Shown piece by piece: positions 17,831 to 26,772 of a stretch of DNA of 39,062 bases (positions are counted from its first letter, which is position 1; each line of letters opens with the position of its first letter). The notes under the pieces are model-generated. The model searched no databases, had not been told where the DNA came from, and saw nothing but the letters and a program-made list of their open reading frames with translations. The position numbers and the translations under genes are program-made. Source of the DNA: a virus (taxonomy: Duplodnaviria > Caudoviricetes); IMG/VR virus record IMGVR_UViG_3300036391_000025, positions 1 to 39,062 of that record; one strand, given 5' to 3'.

Positions 17831-18730
17831 TCAGGCCAGCCAGGGCGAGACGAGGATCTCGACCTTTTTGTAGTTCGGGTTGTCGGCACCATTCGCCAGG
17901 CGCTGGACGTTGAGGATCTCGTCTGCCTTGGCTTCATTGCCGGGACCGACGACGAGAAGATCAGGAACAACGCCGCACGGTTTGCCGCCATCGTGCTTGA
18001 ACTTCATCATGGCCGTGCGAGCAGCTTCGAAGTTGGCTTTGCTCAGATCGGCCTTGGAACCGAAGCCCGTCTGCCAGAAGCCGAAACCAGCAGCACCACG
18101 GGCGCGGGTGCCATAACGGAATTCGTCGCGGTTGAAGACATCGTCGGACGTTTCCGGGTTGTCCTTGATGATCAGTTCCGCCTTGGCGCGGTCCTGGTAG
18201 ATGAACGGCTTCAAGGTCCGCTTCGTGCAAAGCAGATACCAGGCCTCGGATGCGCCTGCCTGCATGTTCGAAACCGAAACTTCGCTCCCGTCCTTCAGCA
18301 GAACCGGATGATCGGCGTCGAAGAAATATTGGCCGTCGTAGCACTTGGACGTAAAGCCGCCCGGCAGTGCTTCCAGATAGATCAGTTCTTCCGGCAGGCG
18401 GGCAGCGTTCTCGCCCAACATACCGATCGCCGGCGTATAGGTGCCATACTGATCGTCCTCGATCACGTCGCGGCCGACTGTGACAGTCTCTTCGAACTTG
18501 CGGTTCTTCAGCTGGTAGATTTCGCTGTCGAGGTTCTTGACGAACCGCTCGCCGATCCATTCGCGCATGCCCGACGTCTGGCCCATCCAGCCGTAGGTTT
18601 CGATGAGCGTGGTCGAGGGAACGACGGTGGCAATGCGCTGGTAGGTCAGAGGCACTGCGGCAAAGCCGGCGCGGAAGGCCGTCTTGTACCCCGTATTGAG
18701 CAGGCTGAGGTTTGCACCATTGATGATCAT
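17831..18730 (-). CDS. Major capsid protein (Mu gpT)
   Basis: TYGWMGQ..GMREWIGER, CYDGQYFFDADHPV, LKPFIYQDR, GFGFWQ, ILVSPWL. Confidence 0.96.
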   Translation of the reverse strand: MIINGANLSLLNTGYKTAFRAGFAAVPLTYQRIATVVPSTTLIETYGWMGQTSGMREWIGERFVKNLDSEIYQLKNRKFEETVTVGRDVIEDDQYGTYTPAIGMLGENAARLPEELIYLEALPGGFTSKCYDGQYFFDADHPVLLKDGSEVSVSNMQAGASEAWYLLCTKRTLKPFIYQDRAKAELIIKDNPETSDDVFNRDEFRYGTRARGAAGFGFWQTGFGSKADLSKANFEAARTAMMKFKHDGGKPCGVVPDLLVVGPGNEAKADEILNVQRLANGADNPNYKKVEILVSPWLA

Positions 18731-18773
18731 GTTTCAGGTTCCTGAAGATTGAGGTTGAAGCTGCGGGAACCCG

Positions 18774-19178
18774 TCAGCCGATGGTGACCCAGACGCCGGC
18801 ACTGTCGAGATCGAAGCAGACGCCGGCCACCGACTGAGTGTTGCCGCCAGCGTTCGTTCCCGAGACCGTTTCGTCATCGACGATGTAGACGGTCTTGCCG
18901 ATCGACGCGGCGGTGACGGCATCGGATGCCGAGTTCTTGAAGCAGAACGTGCCGCGCCGCACACTGGCCTTGATGTCACCGGCAGCGCCGCCCGTGTTAT
19001 CGGCGGTCTCCAGTGCCATACCGAGGGCAACGAGCGTTGCGGCCGTGCGACCCGGTGCAGCCACGCCCGCGTCATTGACGACGATGGAGCCCTGCCAGAT
19101 TTTGGTGTTGGCTTTGACGCCCAAGGCGCGGTCGTCGGCTTTGCGGGTGATGGTGGAACGGGGAGCAGACAGTGGCAT
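18774..19178 (-). CDS. Putative head decoration / cement protein
   Basis: 134 aa, Ala/Gly/Val-rich, IGKTVYIVDDETV; lies between protease and capsid. Confidence 0.75.
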   Translation of the reverse strand: MPLSAPRSTITRKADDRALGVKANTKIWQGSIVVNDAGVAAPGRTAATLVALGMALETADNTGGAAGDIKASVRRGTFCFKNSASDAVTAASIGKTVYIVDDETVSGTNAGGNTQSVAGVCFDLDSAGVWVTIG

Positions 19179-19237
19179 GGGAACTTTCCTTTTGCGTTCG
19201 GCGGCAACCGCCTGTTTTTCAGGAGTGAGGTTGGCGC

Positions 19238-19750
19238 TTAGGCGGCTTTTTCACCGTCGCGGGTCTTCTTGAACTCCGCCTGGTCAAGGCCGAGGCGGCT
19301 GCACATCTGGATTTCTTCTGCCGTCAGAGCGCCGCCCTTGGCTTCGCCAGCGGCCTTGCGGGTCTGATCGTTCTCACCAGGCGTGATGATCGCGCCCATC
19401 TTCGACAGGCGCTCCTTGTACTTCTCGACGCCGACAGCGCGGCAAAGCTCGATCTCGCTGTCTTTGATCGCCGGGATGACCTTGCCGCCAGCAATCGCTT
19501 CCTCGACGGCCGCCGTCACCAGCTTGTCGGTATCGGCCTTCTTCAAGCTTTCGATTTCAACCTTCTGCTGCGAGCACGCCAACACGACAGCATCGTGGTC
19601 GGCGCGGGCAACGAACTTCGTCACATCCGGCTTTTCGGCTTGGCGAGTGAGCAGCTCGACCTGCGTGGTGTTTTCGCTGATCTTGGCGAGCACTTCGGTT
19701 TCGCTGGCTTCTTCCTTCAGGCCGAGGGCCTTGGCGATTGCTTTCAACAT
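19238..19750 (-). CDS. Nested scaffolding protein (Mu gpZ-like), in-frame internal start
   Basis: AAGGA SD upstream of ATG at 19750 (MLKAIAKALGL), just after the protease domain. Confidence 0.6.
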   Translation of the reverse strand: MLKAIAKALGLKEEASETEVLAKISENTTQVELLTRQAEKPDVTKFVARADHDAVVLACSQQKVEIESLKKADTDKLVTAAVEEAIAGGKVIPAIKDSEIELCRAVGVEKYKERLSKMGAIITPGENDQTRKAAGEAKGGALTAEEIQMCSRLGLDQAEFKKTRDGEKAA

Positions 19751-20209
19751 GGAGGCTTCCTTCTGGTCACGGCGCGACAGCGCCTCAAGATAAAGGGCGG
19801 GGTCGTTGGTCAGCGCGACGGAGGAAACCCGGACAACGTCGCGGGTGTCGCCGAGGTGGACCACCGGGGAAATGTAGCGATAGGCCTTGCTCTCGACGTG
19901 GCCGCGACCTTCCTCGGTCCAGGCGACCTTGCCCCACAGAGCACCGTCGCGAACGTCCATCTCGTTGATCCACCCGACAGCTGGTGCTGCCTTGCCCTGC
20001 GGAGCGAGGATCTGGGTCGCATGCTCGTAGTCGATCGGCACATCCTTGCGCTCCGCCTTGAAAGCGGAGACCACTTCGGCCGGTGTCGCGTTGCCAAAAG
20101 CGCGACCGTCACGGGTGCGGATATCGCCGGCCGGGACGAGCATGATCCACTCTGGCGCTTTCGGGCCATCGGGCAGGGAGCAAAGGAGGGTTTCGAGAAC
20201 GGTCTTCAT
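19238..20209 (-). CDS. Prohead protease I / scaffold (Mu gpI)
   Basis: PIDYEH, APAVGWI, YRYISPV, ALTNDPAL; likely start ATG at 20209. Confidence 0.92.
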   Translation of the reverse strand: MKTVLETLLCSLPDGPKAPEWIMLVPAGDIRTRDGRAFGNATPAEVVSAFKAERKDVPIDYEHATQILAPQGKAAPAVGWINEMDVRDGALWGKVAWTEEGRGHVESKAYRYISPVVHLGDTRDVVRVSSVALTNDPALYLEALSRRDQKEASMLKAIAKALGLKEEASETEVLAKISENTTQVELLTRQAEKPDVTKFVARADHDAVVLACSQQKVEIESLKKADTDKLVTAAVEEAIAGGKVIPAIKDSEIELCRAVGVEKYKERLSKMGAIITPGENDQTRKAAGEAKGGALTAEEIQMCSRLGLDQAEFKKTRDGEKAA

Positions 20210-20243
20210 GGCGCTGACCAAACAGCAAGCGCAGACCATAATC

Positions 20244-20265
20244 AGGGGTCCGAAATCGGACCTCT
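20244..20265. promoter_or_regulatory. Late-promoter palindrome, copy 2 (protease/capsid operon)
   Basis: AGGGGTCCG-AAAT-CGGACCTCT. Confidence 0.75.
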
Positions 20266-20493
20266 AGTTTCAGCTTGATGGGGAAGACCGGGAGCAACGG
20301 ATGCGATCGACCGGATGACCAAACCTAACGTCGAACCACAACGGCGGCAAGAGGCATCCTTCAATCAACCTCACAATCGTTTTTGAAGCTGATTTGAAGC
20401 CCCTGGGCGCGCTACAGGGGTGTTGGTAGCGTATCCATGCCTTGAGGCGGGTTATCGCAACCAGCGCCGCGTATTTTTGAAGGCGACTTCAGA

Positions 20494-20522
20494 TTGCTTT
20501 GAGAGGTGTTTCGGGATAAAAG
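20494..20522 (+). promoter_or_regulatory. Putative sigma70 promoter for a small RNA
   Basis: TTGCTT-N17-TAAAAG. Confidence 0.5.
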
Positions 20523-20526
20523 ATGA

Positions 20527-20589
20527 GGGCGCTTCCATCAGTGGGCTGTCACATCTTGGCTGGGAGAGATCACGTCTCCAGGCGCTTCA
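20527..20589 (+). ncRNA. Candidate tRNA-like small RNA convergent on the MuF toxin domain
   Basis: 8-bp closing stem (20527-34/20580-87, with G-U pairs valid only on +) stacked on a 5-bp/7-nt-loop arm (20563-20579); two small arms; upstream promoter. Confidence 0.45.
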
Positions 20590-21762
20590 TTTCCCCAAGT
20601 CTTTCTCAACACGTTTGACGCTTTCGCGGCGACTGTCGCTAGAGGTGAACAGCGTCACCAGTCGGGCAAAGCCAGCACCGGTTTTTCTCATAGCCGCCAC
20701 CCACCACTTGCCGTCGATCTGCTTCCACATCTGGACGCCTTCTGGGCGCTGGATCATTTCGCCCTGGTCGATGATGTCCTGAACCTGGGCAAAGCTCTCG
20801 ATGTCCACGCTGGCGTGCTTGGCCGACTTAGCCGAGATGGCGTAGTTACTGACGGACACGAGACTTCCAGCCGAGCCGAGCCGTTCGGTCACAGCAGGCG
20901 CGATTGCGACCGGGATATCGACGCGCTCGACCATCTTGGAATAGGCCTCGGGCAGACGGCTCGCCCACAAATCGGCGATGGCTTGCTTGACGATCGGCTC
21001 GGGCGCAACGGCAAGGCGATCGGTGAAGCTGCGCATGAGAGTTTTCGCGCGGGCCTTTCCGGGGTTCGTGTGCCAGCCGGGATCGACGCCTTGGGGGACG
21101 CGGGTGATCTCGCCGCTGCGCTTGTTGGTGAAATCCTTCCAGACGATCTCCGGGGCTGATGTCGCGCCGCCAAGGCCTTCCGCCTCGAAGCGGGAGATCT
21201 GGCGCAGCCGGCATTTGCATCCCCAGCCGTTCGGGCAGAAATGCGTATCCCAGAATTCATGATCCACCGGCAGGATGGTCGGCCGGTTCGCCCAGGCCTG
21301 ATGATCCGGCCGATGGTTTTCGGATGGCCCCAGTTCATAGACGAAGTATGGAAGTGCTGCCTTGGTGCGCTGTGCCCGCTCCCACTGGCCGGCTGCGTAG
21401 GCCGAGCGGGTGTTAGCCCAGTAGATCGTCTTCAGCCGGCGCGGGCTGCCGAGCTGCACAATCCTTTCCTCACCGGTGGCTGGATCGACCTGGCGCTTCT
21501 TGCCCCACCAACCGAGTTCCTGAAGTCGAGGCTCAAGCGTCGCGGCAAACTCCTTGAAGGGTACGCCCTCGCGCACGGCCCGTTCAACCTCACTTCGAAG
21601 GGCGCTCAAAACGTCCATGTCGACAGCCTTAGCGACGGTGAAGGCATGCGCGTGTTCTTCGGCCCATACGTCCTGCCAGTGAAACGCCGGCTTAAAGCCC
21701 TTGCCTTCGAGATAGGCCATGGCTTCAGGCGGTGGGCTCTTCTTGCGACTGCTGTCAGCCAT
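20587..21762 (-). CDS. MuF (Mu gp30) minor head protein with C-terminal nuclease-like (PBECR2-type) extension
   Basis: AFTVAK, LGSPRRLKTIY, HRPDH, FCPNGWGCKCR, GVDPGW; extra ~115-aa C-terminal domain. Confidence 0.88.
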   Translation of the reverse strand: MADSSRKKSPPPEAMAYLEGKGFKPAFHWQDVWAEEHAHAFTVAKAVDMDVLSALRSEVERAVREGVPFKEFAATLEPRLQELGWWGKKRQVDPATGEERIVQLGSPRRLKTIYWANTRSAYAAGQWERAQRTKAALPYFVYELGPSENHRPDHQAWANRPTILPVDHEFWDTHFCPNGWGCKCRLRQISRFEAEGLGGATSAPEIVWKDFTNKRSGEITRVPQGVDPGWHTNPGKARAKTLMRSFTDRLAVAPEPIVKQAIADLWASRLPEAYSKMVERVDIPVAIAPAVTERLGSAGSLVSVSNYAISAKSAKHASVDIESFAQVQDIIDQGEMIQRPEGVQMWKQIDGKWWVAAMRKTGAGFARLVTLFTSSDSRRESVKRVEKDLGK

Positions 21763-23320
21763 TGGCGGCGGAGCCCATGATGCGGGCAACGAAGGTCGCG
21801 GCGGCAAGGCGGTCATTGAGCGGCGCGGTTTCCGACGACACGCTTTCCAGCGCCTTCATGAAACTCGGAAAATCACCGGCCTCGGCCGCAGCCTTGCGGA
21901 TTGCCTCCATCAGCGGCGAGAGCTGCTCTTCCCATTCGCCGGAGATTTCGTCGGCAAAGCCCTCGGTGATGTCGTCGGCCGCGATCATCAACGGCACTGC
22001 CGCCTTGTCGAACAGACGGCGAAGCGCCTCTGTCGTCTTCTCTTTCCGGGGATCGACCGGAACCGGCTTTGCGCCGAGGATCTCCTCGCCGGCATTCGCC
22101 GCGCGCCATCCCAGCTTTTCGCGGACAGGGCCAGCCGGAACAGTGCCGCCCATATCGACAAAGGTCTTTGTCGCCTCAAGCAGCAGCTTGAGATCCTCGG
22201 GATCTGGCACCGGAAACGTGACCTGGGGGAACCCGTTCTTCGGCTGGCCAAAATTAAAGGCCACGTAGTGATTGACCAGGTCACGCTGGATGGTGGCTGC
22301 GAGATCGTCGCCGTCGGCGCGCAGGATCAACAGCCGGATGTCATTGTGGATGTTTGCCTGGGCTTCAGACGAACCGTCATCACCGGTCATGGTCTGACCG
22401 AGGACGAGCTTGGAGAATTGCTCATCCAGATACTCGGCCATGCCACGAAATGCATTGTCGCCGGCATTGCCCGCTTTCGTCTCGATGAATTCGAGCTTCA
22501 TGCTTTCGGGAATGATTGCCCCGCCATCGGCCGCTACGTTAGCAACGGCGCGCAACAGCGCTCGCTTGTCATCCTGAGTGGCACCAGGTCCATACTTCCC
22601 CACCCGGAAGGGCATGCCATAAACTTCTAGGAAAGCCATCCAGTCCTTCAGGCTGAAACTCTTCAACATGAAGATCCACATGGCGGTGCGCGCCACGCCC
22701 TGGCGGATCGGCAGGCCGGACTTCAATGATGGCACATGTCCGATGTATTTGGCGGGCGGCAGTATGCTGCCCTCGATGTCGCCGTCCTCGCGTAGCCGCA
22801 GCTCGCGGCCGGAGATGCGATCGAACTGGAAGTGGCGCGGATCGCGCGCAAGGATCTTCTCGGGAAACCAGCGCGCACCATCCATCTTCCAGATGATCTC
22901 GGCAGCGGCGAACCCCTTGGCGATCGCGTCGGCCAGATGCATCAGCACATTGCGAAAGCCAGTCGTGTCGAGCAGCTTGCGCACATGGTCGGCAATGATC
23001 TTGTCGTCTTCTTCCTCGCTTGCCGGTTCAATCACCGGCTCGATGTTGCGGATCGCGAGCTTGCGCTGTGTCAGCGCCATCCGGTACTGCGGATCCCGCT
23101 CCTCCATCTCCTCGGCAAGTGTCAGGTAATCGACGATCTGGCCGCCGACCTCGCCGCTCTCACGCAGGACGCGGGCAAGCCGAGCTGGTGTCAGTCCCGA
23201 TGCGACCTGCTCATTCCAGATCGAGCGGACGCCGGTGAGCGTCGGCGCGCTCTGCTCGGTCGTCAGGTCTTTCTTTGGCGCTGCCTTCAGCGGATTTCCA
23301 TTTACGTCGATCAGCGCCAT
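21755..23320 (-). CDS. Portal protein (Mu gp29, DUF935)
   Basis: LAEEMEERD, FLEVYGMPFRVGKY, SKLVLGQTMT. Confidence 0.93.
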   Translation of the reverse strand: MALIDVNGNPLKAAPKKDLTTEQSAPTLTGVRSIWNEQVASGLTPARLARVLRESGEVGGQIVDYLTLAEEMEERDPQYRMALTQRKLAIRNIEPVIEPASEEEDDKIIADHVRKLLDTTGFRNVLMHLADAIAKGFAAAEIIWKMDGARWFPEKILARDPRHFQFDRISGRELRLREDGDIEGSILPPAKYIGHVPSLKSGLPIRQGVARTAMWIFMLKSFSLKDWMAFLEVYGMPFRVGKYGPGATQDDKRALLRAVANVAADGGAIIPESMKLEFIETKAGNAGDNAFRGMAEYLDEQFSKLVLGQTMTGDDGSSEAQANIHNDIRLLILRADGDDLAATIQRDLVNHYVAFNFGQPKNGFPQVTFPVPDPEDLKLLLEATKTFVDMGGTVPAGPVREKLGWRAANAGEEILGAKPVPVDPRKEKTTEALRRLFDKAAVPLMIAADDITEGFADEISGEWEEQLSPLMEAIRKAAAEAGDFPSFMKALESVSSETAPLNDRLAAATFVARIMGSAANG

Positions 23321-24948
23321 TACCATAACCCTTCGCGTCCGAACGAAGACTGGTCGTCGCGCCGGTCCCGATCGGAGAAATCATCGTCATCCAGATCGCC
23401 GATCGGGATGTATGCGTATTCGTACCACTGCTGTCGGCTGGCGTAGTGAGCTAGCGCCAGGGCGACCGCATAGTCGCCGTGGCGCTTCTTGGAACCTTCA
23501 CCGGTGCGGGCGTCAGGCACCATCGGAATGCCTCGGATGACCTTCACCAGGCGCAGATCCGACAGGTGCGCATCGTCCTTGGAAATGGCGATCGCATCGT
23601 CCTCAAACGCCGCTTTAAGGGGCGGCATGTTGATGCGGTACCATTCCTGGGAAAACTTGATCGCTTGGACGAGGCCGCCTGGATGATCCTTGTCGCTGAT
23701 GCCGAAGATCCGCCCCATGTCCTCCGCCACGATCCAGCCCATGCCAGTCGCGTCAAAGGCGGCACCAACCAAGTTTGGCGCGCCCTGCAGGATCATGCGG
23801 ACGATCAGCTTCTGCTCATCACCCGGAACGTTTCGCATCTCGACCGTGAGCGCGCTTTCTCGTTTCAGCACCGAGTTGATAGAAAGCAGCTTTGCAACGG
23901 ACAGGTCGGCAACGCGGGCAAAGTCGAAGCCGAAGGCGTGCCGTCGATTTGGATCAAGGTTCTTTACGGCGGTTGCCACCTCCGCAAGCTTTCCGACCAA
24001 CAGGAGAGCACGCTCAATCCGGTTGCGATGTAAGAAGTCAGCTGGAAGCTCGATGCGGATGATAGGCGCGTCCGACGTCATGCGGGCTTCGATCAGCGGG
24101 CCTGACAGCCACGTGCCAGAACCCATGGTCGGAATGCAGAACAATTCTTCATCTGCGCCATCGCCGTAGGATTTGATGATACTTTCGCGCCAGTCCGCTT
24201 CCAGTTCCGGCGTCCATTCCTTGCCGGTCACAAGGCAGATACGCTGGTAAAGCCCATCTTGCAGGGCTTGATCGATGTCGATGCGAATGTGGTCGTATCC
24301 GGTGCGACCGGCAAGCGTGTCCTGAATTTGGCTGTTGAAGTAGTTATCGACGCCGTTGTGCGTCGAGCAGACTACGACCTGGCCGCCCCACATCAGGAAC
24401 GCCAAAGCCGCCTTCAGCAGTTCTTTGAGGCTGTCCACGAACGCCGCCTCGTCAATCATGACCACGCCCTGCTTGCCGCGAAGCGAGCGAGGAGCTGACG
24501 AGAGGCCGACGATTTCGAAGCCGGAAGCGAACTTGATACGGAACGCCTGGATGGAGCGCTCGCCATCTTTATCGCTGTCGTCGAACAGAAACTCGTCAAG
24601 CTCGATCGCGGCCATCGAAAAGGCGCGGGCCCACATAGCGCATGCGTCAATGAACTCCCGTGTCATCTCCTGCGAGTAAGAGATATACATCACGTCCATG
24701 CCGCCAGCCGACTTGGCTCGCGCAGCCCGAAGCACTGCATAGGAGGCAAAGCCCCATGTCAGTCCGATGCGACGGCTCTTTTCAATAAAGAGGACTTGGC
24801 AGGCGGAACTTTCCAATAGTGAAATTGCCCGCGCCTGATAGGGAAGCAATGCCTTCGGCAATCCCACTTTGGCGATGACGGACGGCAAAGCTTCCGTGCT
24901 CTGGGCCCGAAGCTCCGCCCATTGGGCCTTGGAGAAATGTGCGGTCAT
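23320..24948 (-). CDS. Terminase large subunit (Mu gp28)
   Basis: LLPYQ, EKSRRIGLTW, IDEAAF, GFDFAR, RHGDYAVALALA. Confidence 0.93.
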   Translation of the reverse strand: MTAHFSKAQWAELRAQSTEALPSVIAKVGLPKALLPYQARAISLLESSACQVLFIEKSRRIGLTWGFASYAVLRAARAKSAGGMDVMYISYSQEMTREFIDACAMWARAFSMAAIELDEFLFDDSDKDGERSIQAFRIKFASGFEIVGLSSAPRSLRGKQGVVMIDEAAFVDSLKELLKAALAFLMWGGQVVVCSTHNGVDNYFNSQIQDTLAGRTGYDHIRIDIDQALQDGLYQRICLVTGKEWTPELEADWRESIIKSYGDGADEELFCIPTMGSGTWLSGPLIEARMTSDAPIIRIELPADFLHRNRIERALLLVGKLAEVATAVKNLDPNRRHAFGFDFARVADLSVAKLLSINSVLKRESALTVEMRNVPGDEQKLIVRMILQGAPNLVGAAFDATGMGWIVAEDMGRIFGISDKDHPGGLVQAIKFSQEWYRINMPPLKAAFEDDAIAISKDDAHLSDLRLVKVIRGIPMVPDARTGEGSKKRHGDYAVALALAHYASRQQWYEYAYIPIGDLDDDDFSDRDRRDDQSSFGREGLW

Positions 24949-24950
24949 GA

Positions 24951-25526
24951 TCAGGACCCCATCAGGATGCGGGACAGGATTTCTTCAGCGCCTTCTTCGG
25001 AGATGCCCTTCGCCTTGACGACGGCGGCAACGGCCTGTTTGGCTTTCTCGTCAAAGTCGCTCTGCACTTTAAGACGGCGCGCCGTGGATACGCCCTGGGC
25101 CTGCGTTGCGGCGCGCAGCGCATTCGCAAGGGCCATCGCGCCTTTCGGATCGATGCCGGCCTCACCGGCCGACGTGAGGACTTCAAACACCAGCGTCTTG
25201 ATCGCCTCGGCGGCAATCAAGGTGAGATCATCGGAGGCCTGCGCATCGAACTTGGCGGCGATCGTCGATGCGATTTCGCGCGTCTGGTTCATGCGGTGAG
25301 ACATGGTGGCCAACCGGATCGAATAGCGATTGAAGGCAGAGAATGACGGTATCGTAAACTCAAGCTCGCCACGGTGCTCCTTCTTGAGCGCCTCAAGCGA
25401 TGCGTAGAATTCCTGATAGATTTCGGTCTGGGTCCGGTCACGATCCTGCAGGGCAAGTGCGGCCACAGCGATAGCAGGGCCGCACTCTTCAGGTAGCTTT
25501 TCAATTCCGGAGAGGCGGCCGCGCAT
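24951..25526 (-). CDS. Terminase small subunit (Mu gp27, DUF3486)
   Basis: RLSGIEKLP, SFSAFNRY; precedes the large terminase. Confidence 0.85.
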   Translation of the reverse strand: MRGRLSGIEKLPEECGPAIAVAALALQDRDRTQTEIYQEFYASLEALKKEHRGELEFTIPSFSAFNRYSIRLATMSHRMNQTREIASTIAAKFDAQASDDLTLIAAEAIKTLVFEVLTSAGEAGIDPKGAMALANALRAATQAQGVSTARRLKVQSDFDEKAKQAVAAVVKAKGISEEGAEEILSRILMGS

Positions 25527-25527
25527 C

Positions 25528-25827
25528 TTATTCGACCAACGATGGGCGGGCGATGCCTTCGAGGATCACGCGGCGATCGACGTGGTCCTGGCCCGATCGT
25601 TTCAATTCGGCGATCATCACGCTGCCGGCCTCGACAATCGAGATCGCGCCGATCTCCGCCAGGAGGCGGAGCTGTGTGCGCACCCATTCCCGCGAACGAC
25701 GATGGCCGAAGTGATCGAGGACAGCCGTGAGCAGTGTTTCGTTGAGACGATTGTCGGTCTGCTTCGAAAGCTCTTTGAGGATAACAAGACGGGCGTCCGC
25801 CGTCATATGCGCGTCGAAGCTGCTCAT
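25528..25827 (-). CDS. Mu gp26-like winged-HTH protein
   Basis: DARLVILKEL, GQDHV...GIARP. Confidence 0.8.
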   Translation of the reverse strand: MSSFDAHMTADARLVILKELSKQTDNRLNETLLTAVLDHFGHRRSREWVRTQLRLLAEIGAISIVEAGSVMIAELKRSGQDHVDRRVILEGIARPSLVE

Positions 25828-26189
25828 GCCGCATTACTCTTCATAAGAAAGTCCTGCACCTGAAGGACCGTGCGGGAGGTGCTGATCTGGCTTTCTTCCA
25901 TCCGTCCGAGCTTGCCTGATAGCTCGGAAATGGCGAGGCGCATCTCCATGAAGGCCTTCGCGTCAGGAAGATGTTTCAGTTCGCTTTCGAGCGTCTGGGT
26001 CCGAGATGCGATCGCGGCAACGGCTTCCAGGAGCGTCTTCATCTCGCCGGTGACCCGCGCATCGAGAACCTGCAGATCCGTTGCCGTCTTTTTGGAAGGC
26101 GCCTGGAAGAACAGCCATATCGACGTGGCAACTGAGATGATGACTGCTATCAGCGAGAACCAAGATTTCAGGGGTTCCAGTTCGTTCAT
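25824..26189 (-). CDS. DUF2730 / Mu gp25-like membrane-anchored coiled-coil protein
   Basis: N-terminal TM helix, LESELKHLP motif; synteny. Confidence 0.8.
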   Translation of the reverse strand: MNELEPLKSWFSLIAVIISVATSIWLFFQAPSKKTATDLQVLDARVTGEMKTLLEAVAAIASRTQTLESELKHLPDAKAFMEMRLAISELSGKLGRMEESQISTSRTVLQVQDFLMKSNAA

Positions 26190-26407
26190 CGGGAATGCTT
26201 CTCGATTTCAAAGGTCGTCTGGCATTCGATGCAGCGACGGGCAAACGGAGCGGCCAAGCGGCGCTCCCTTGAGATCGGTTCTCCGCAGGCTATGCAGATG
26301 TCCGATCCGGTTTGGGCAAGCGCGATGCCGGCATCAGCAACACCGGCATCGCGCTCTTGTTCTGCTCTCGCGGCGGCGAGATCAAAGGCTGCGTTAGAGA
26401 GGTTCAT
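26186..26407 (-). CDS. TraR/DksA C4-type zinc-finger protein
   Basis: CIACGEPISRERRLAAPFARRCIECQ. Confidence 0.88.
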   Translation of the reverse strand: MNLSNAAFDLAAARAEQERDAGVADAGIALAQTGSDICIACGEPISRERRLAAPFARRCIECQTTFEIEKHSR

Positions 26408-26772
26408 TTCGGCTCATCTCGGGCGAGGTAGGTATGAGCGGCGGGCGAAGCACTCGCGGCAGCCTGCGCGAAAATGTGCGGTTGAAGCAGCTCTTCAATC
26501 CGCGCTCGGCTCTCAACCTTCAGACCCTTCAAGGCATCCGGAACCGAGGCGACCACATAGTCGATCGCGTGCTCTTTGCTGAGTGCGCCGGCGAGCATCA
26601 GGCGTACGCCGTTGCCAAGCGCCGACTGGAGCGCCTCACGCTGGCGCGCTTCGATCTCAATGCCGGTCCATTCCTTGAACCGGTTGAGAGCCAACGTCAT
26701 CAACGCTGGGATGAACACCGCCAGAAAAGTTGCAAGCAGAGGCATCAAAGCCTCGATCAGAAGGGCTTTCAT
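26404..26772 (-). CDS. Putative holin
   Basis: N-terminal TM helix; directly follows the endolysin (ATGA overlap). Confidence 0.6.
   Translation of the reverse strand: MKALLIEALMPLLATFLAVFIPALMTLALNRFKEWTGIEIEARQREALQSALGNGVRLMLAGALSKEHAIDYVVASVPDALKGLKVESRARIEELLQPHIFAQAAASASPAAHTYLARDEPK

Noticed and set aside
20527-20589. Canonical tRNA gene
   Set aside because: Too short, no TTC T-loop, no standard D-arm or 7-nt anticodon loop; kept only as tRNA-like
20420-20782. 120-aa + strand ORF as a possible MuF immunity protein
   Set aside because: Wrong strand for a co-transcribed immunity gene, no SD, overlaps MuF antisense, no protein-like features
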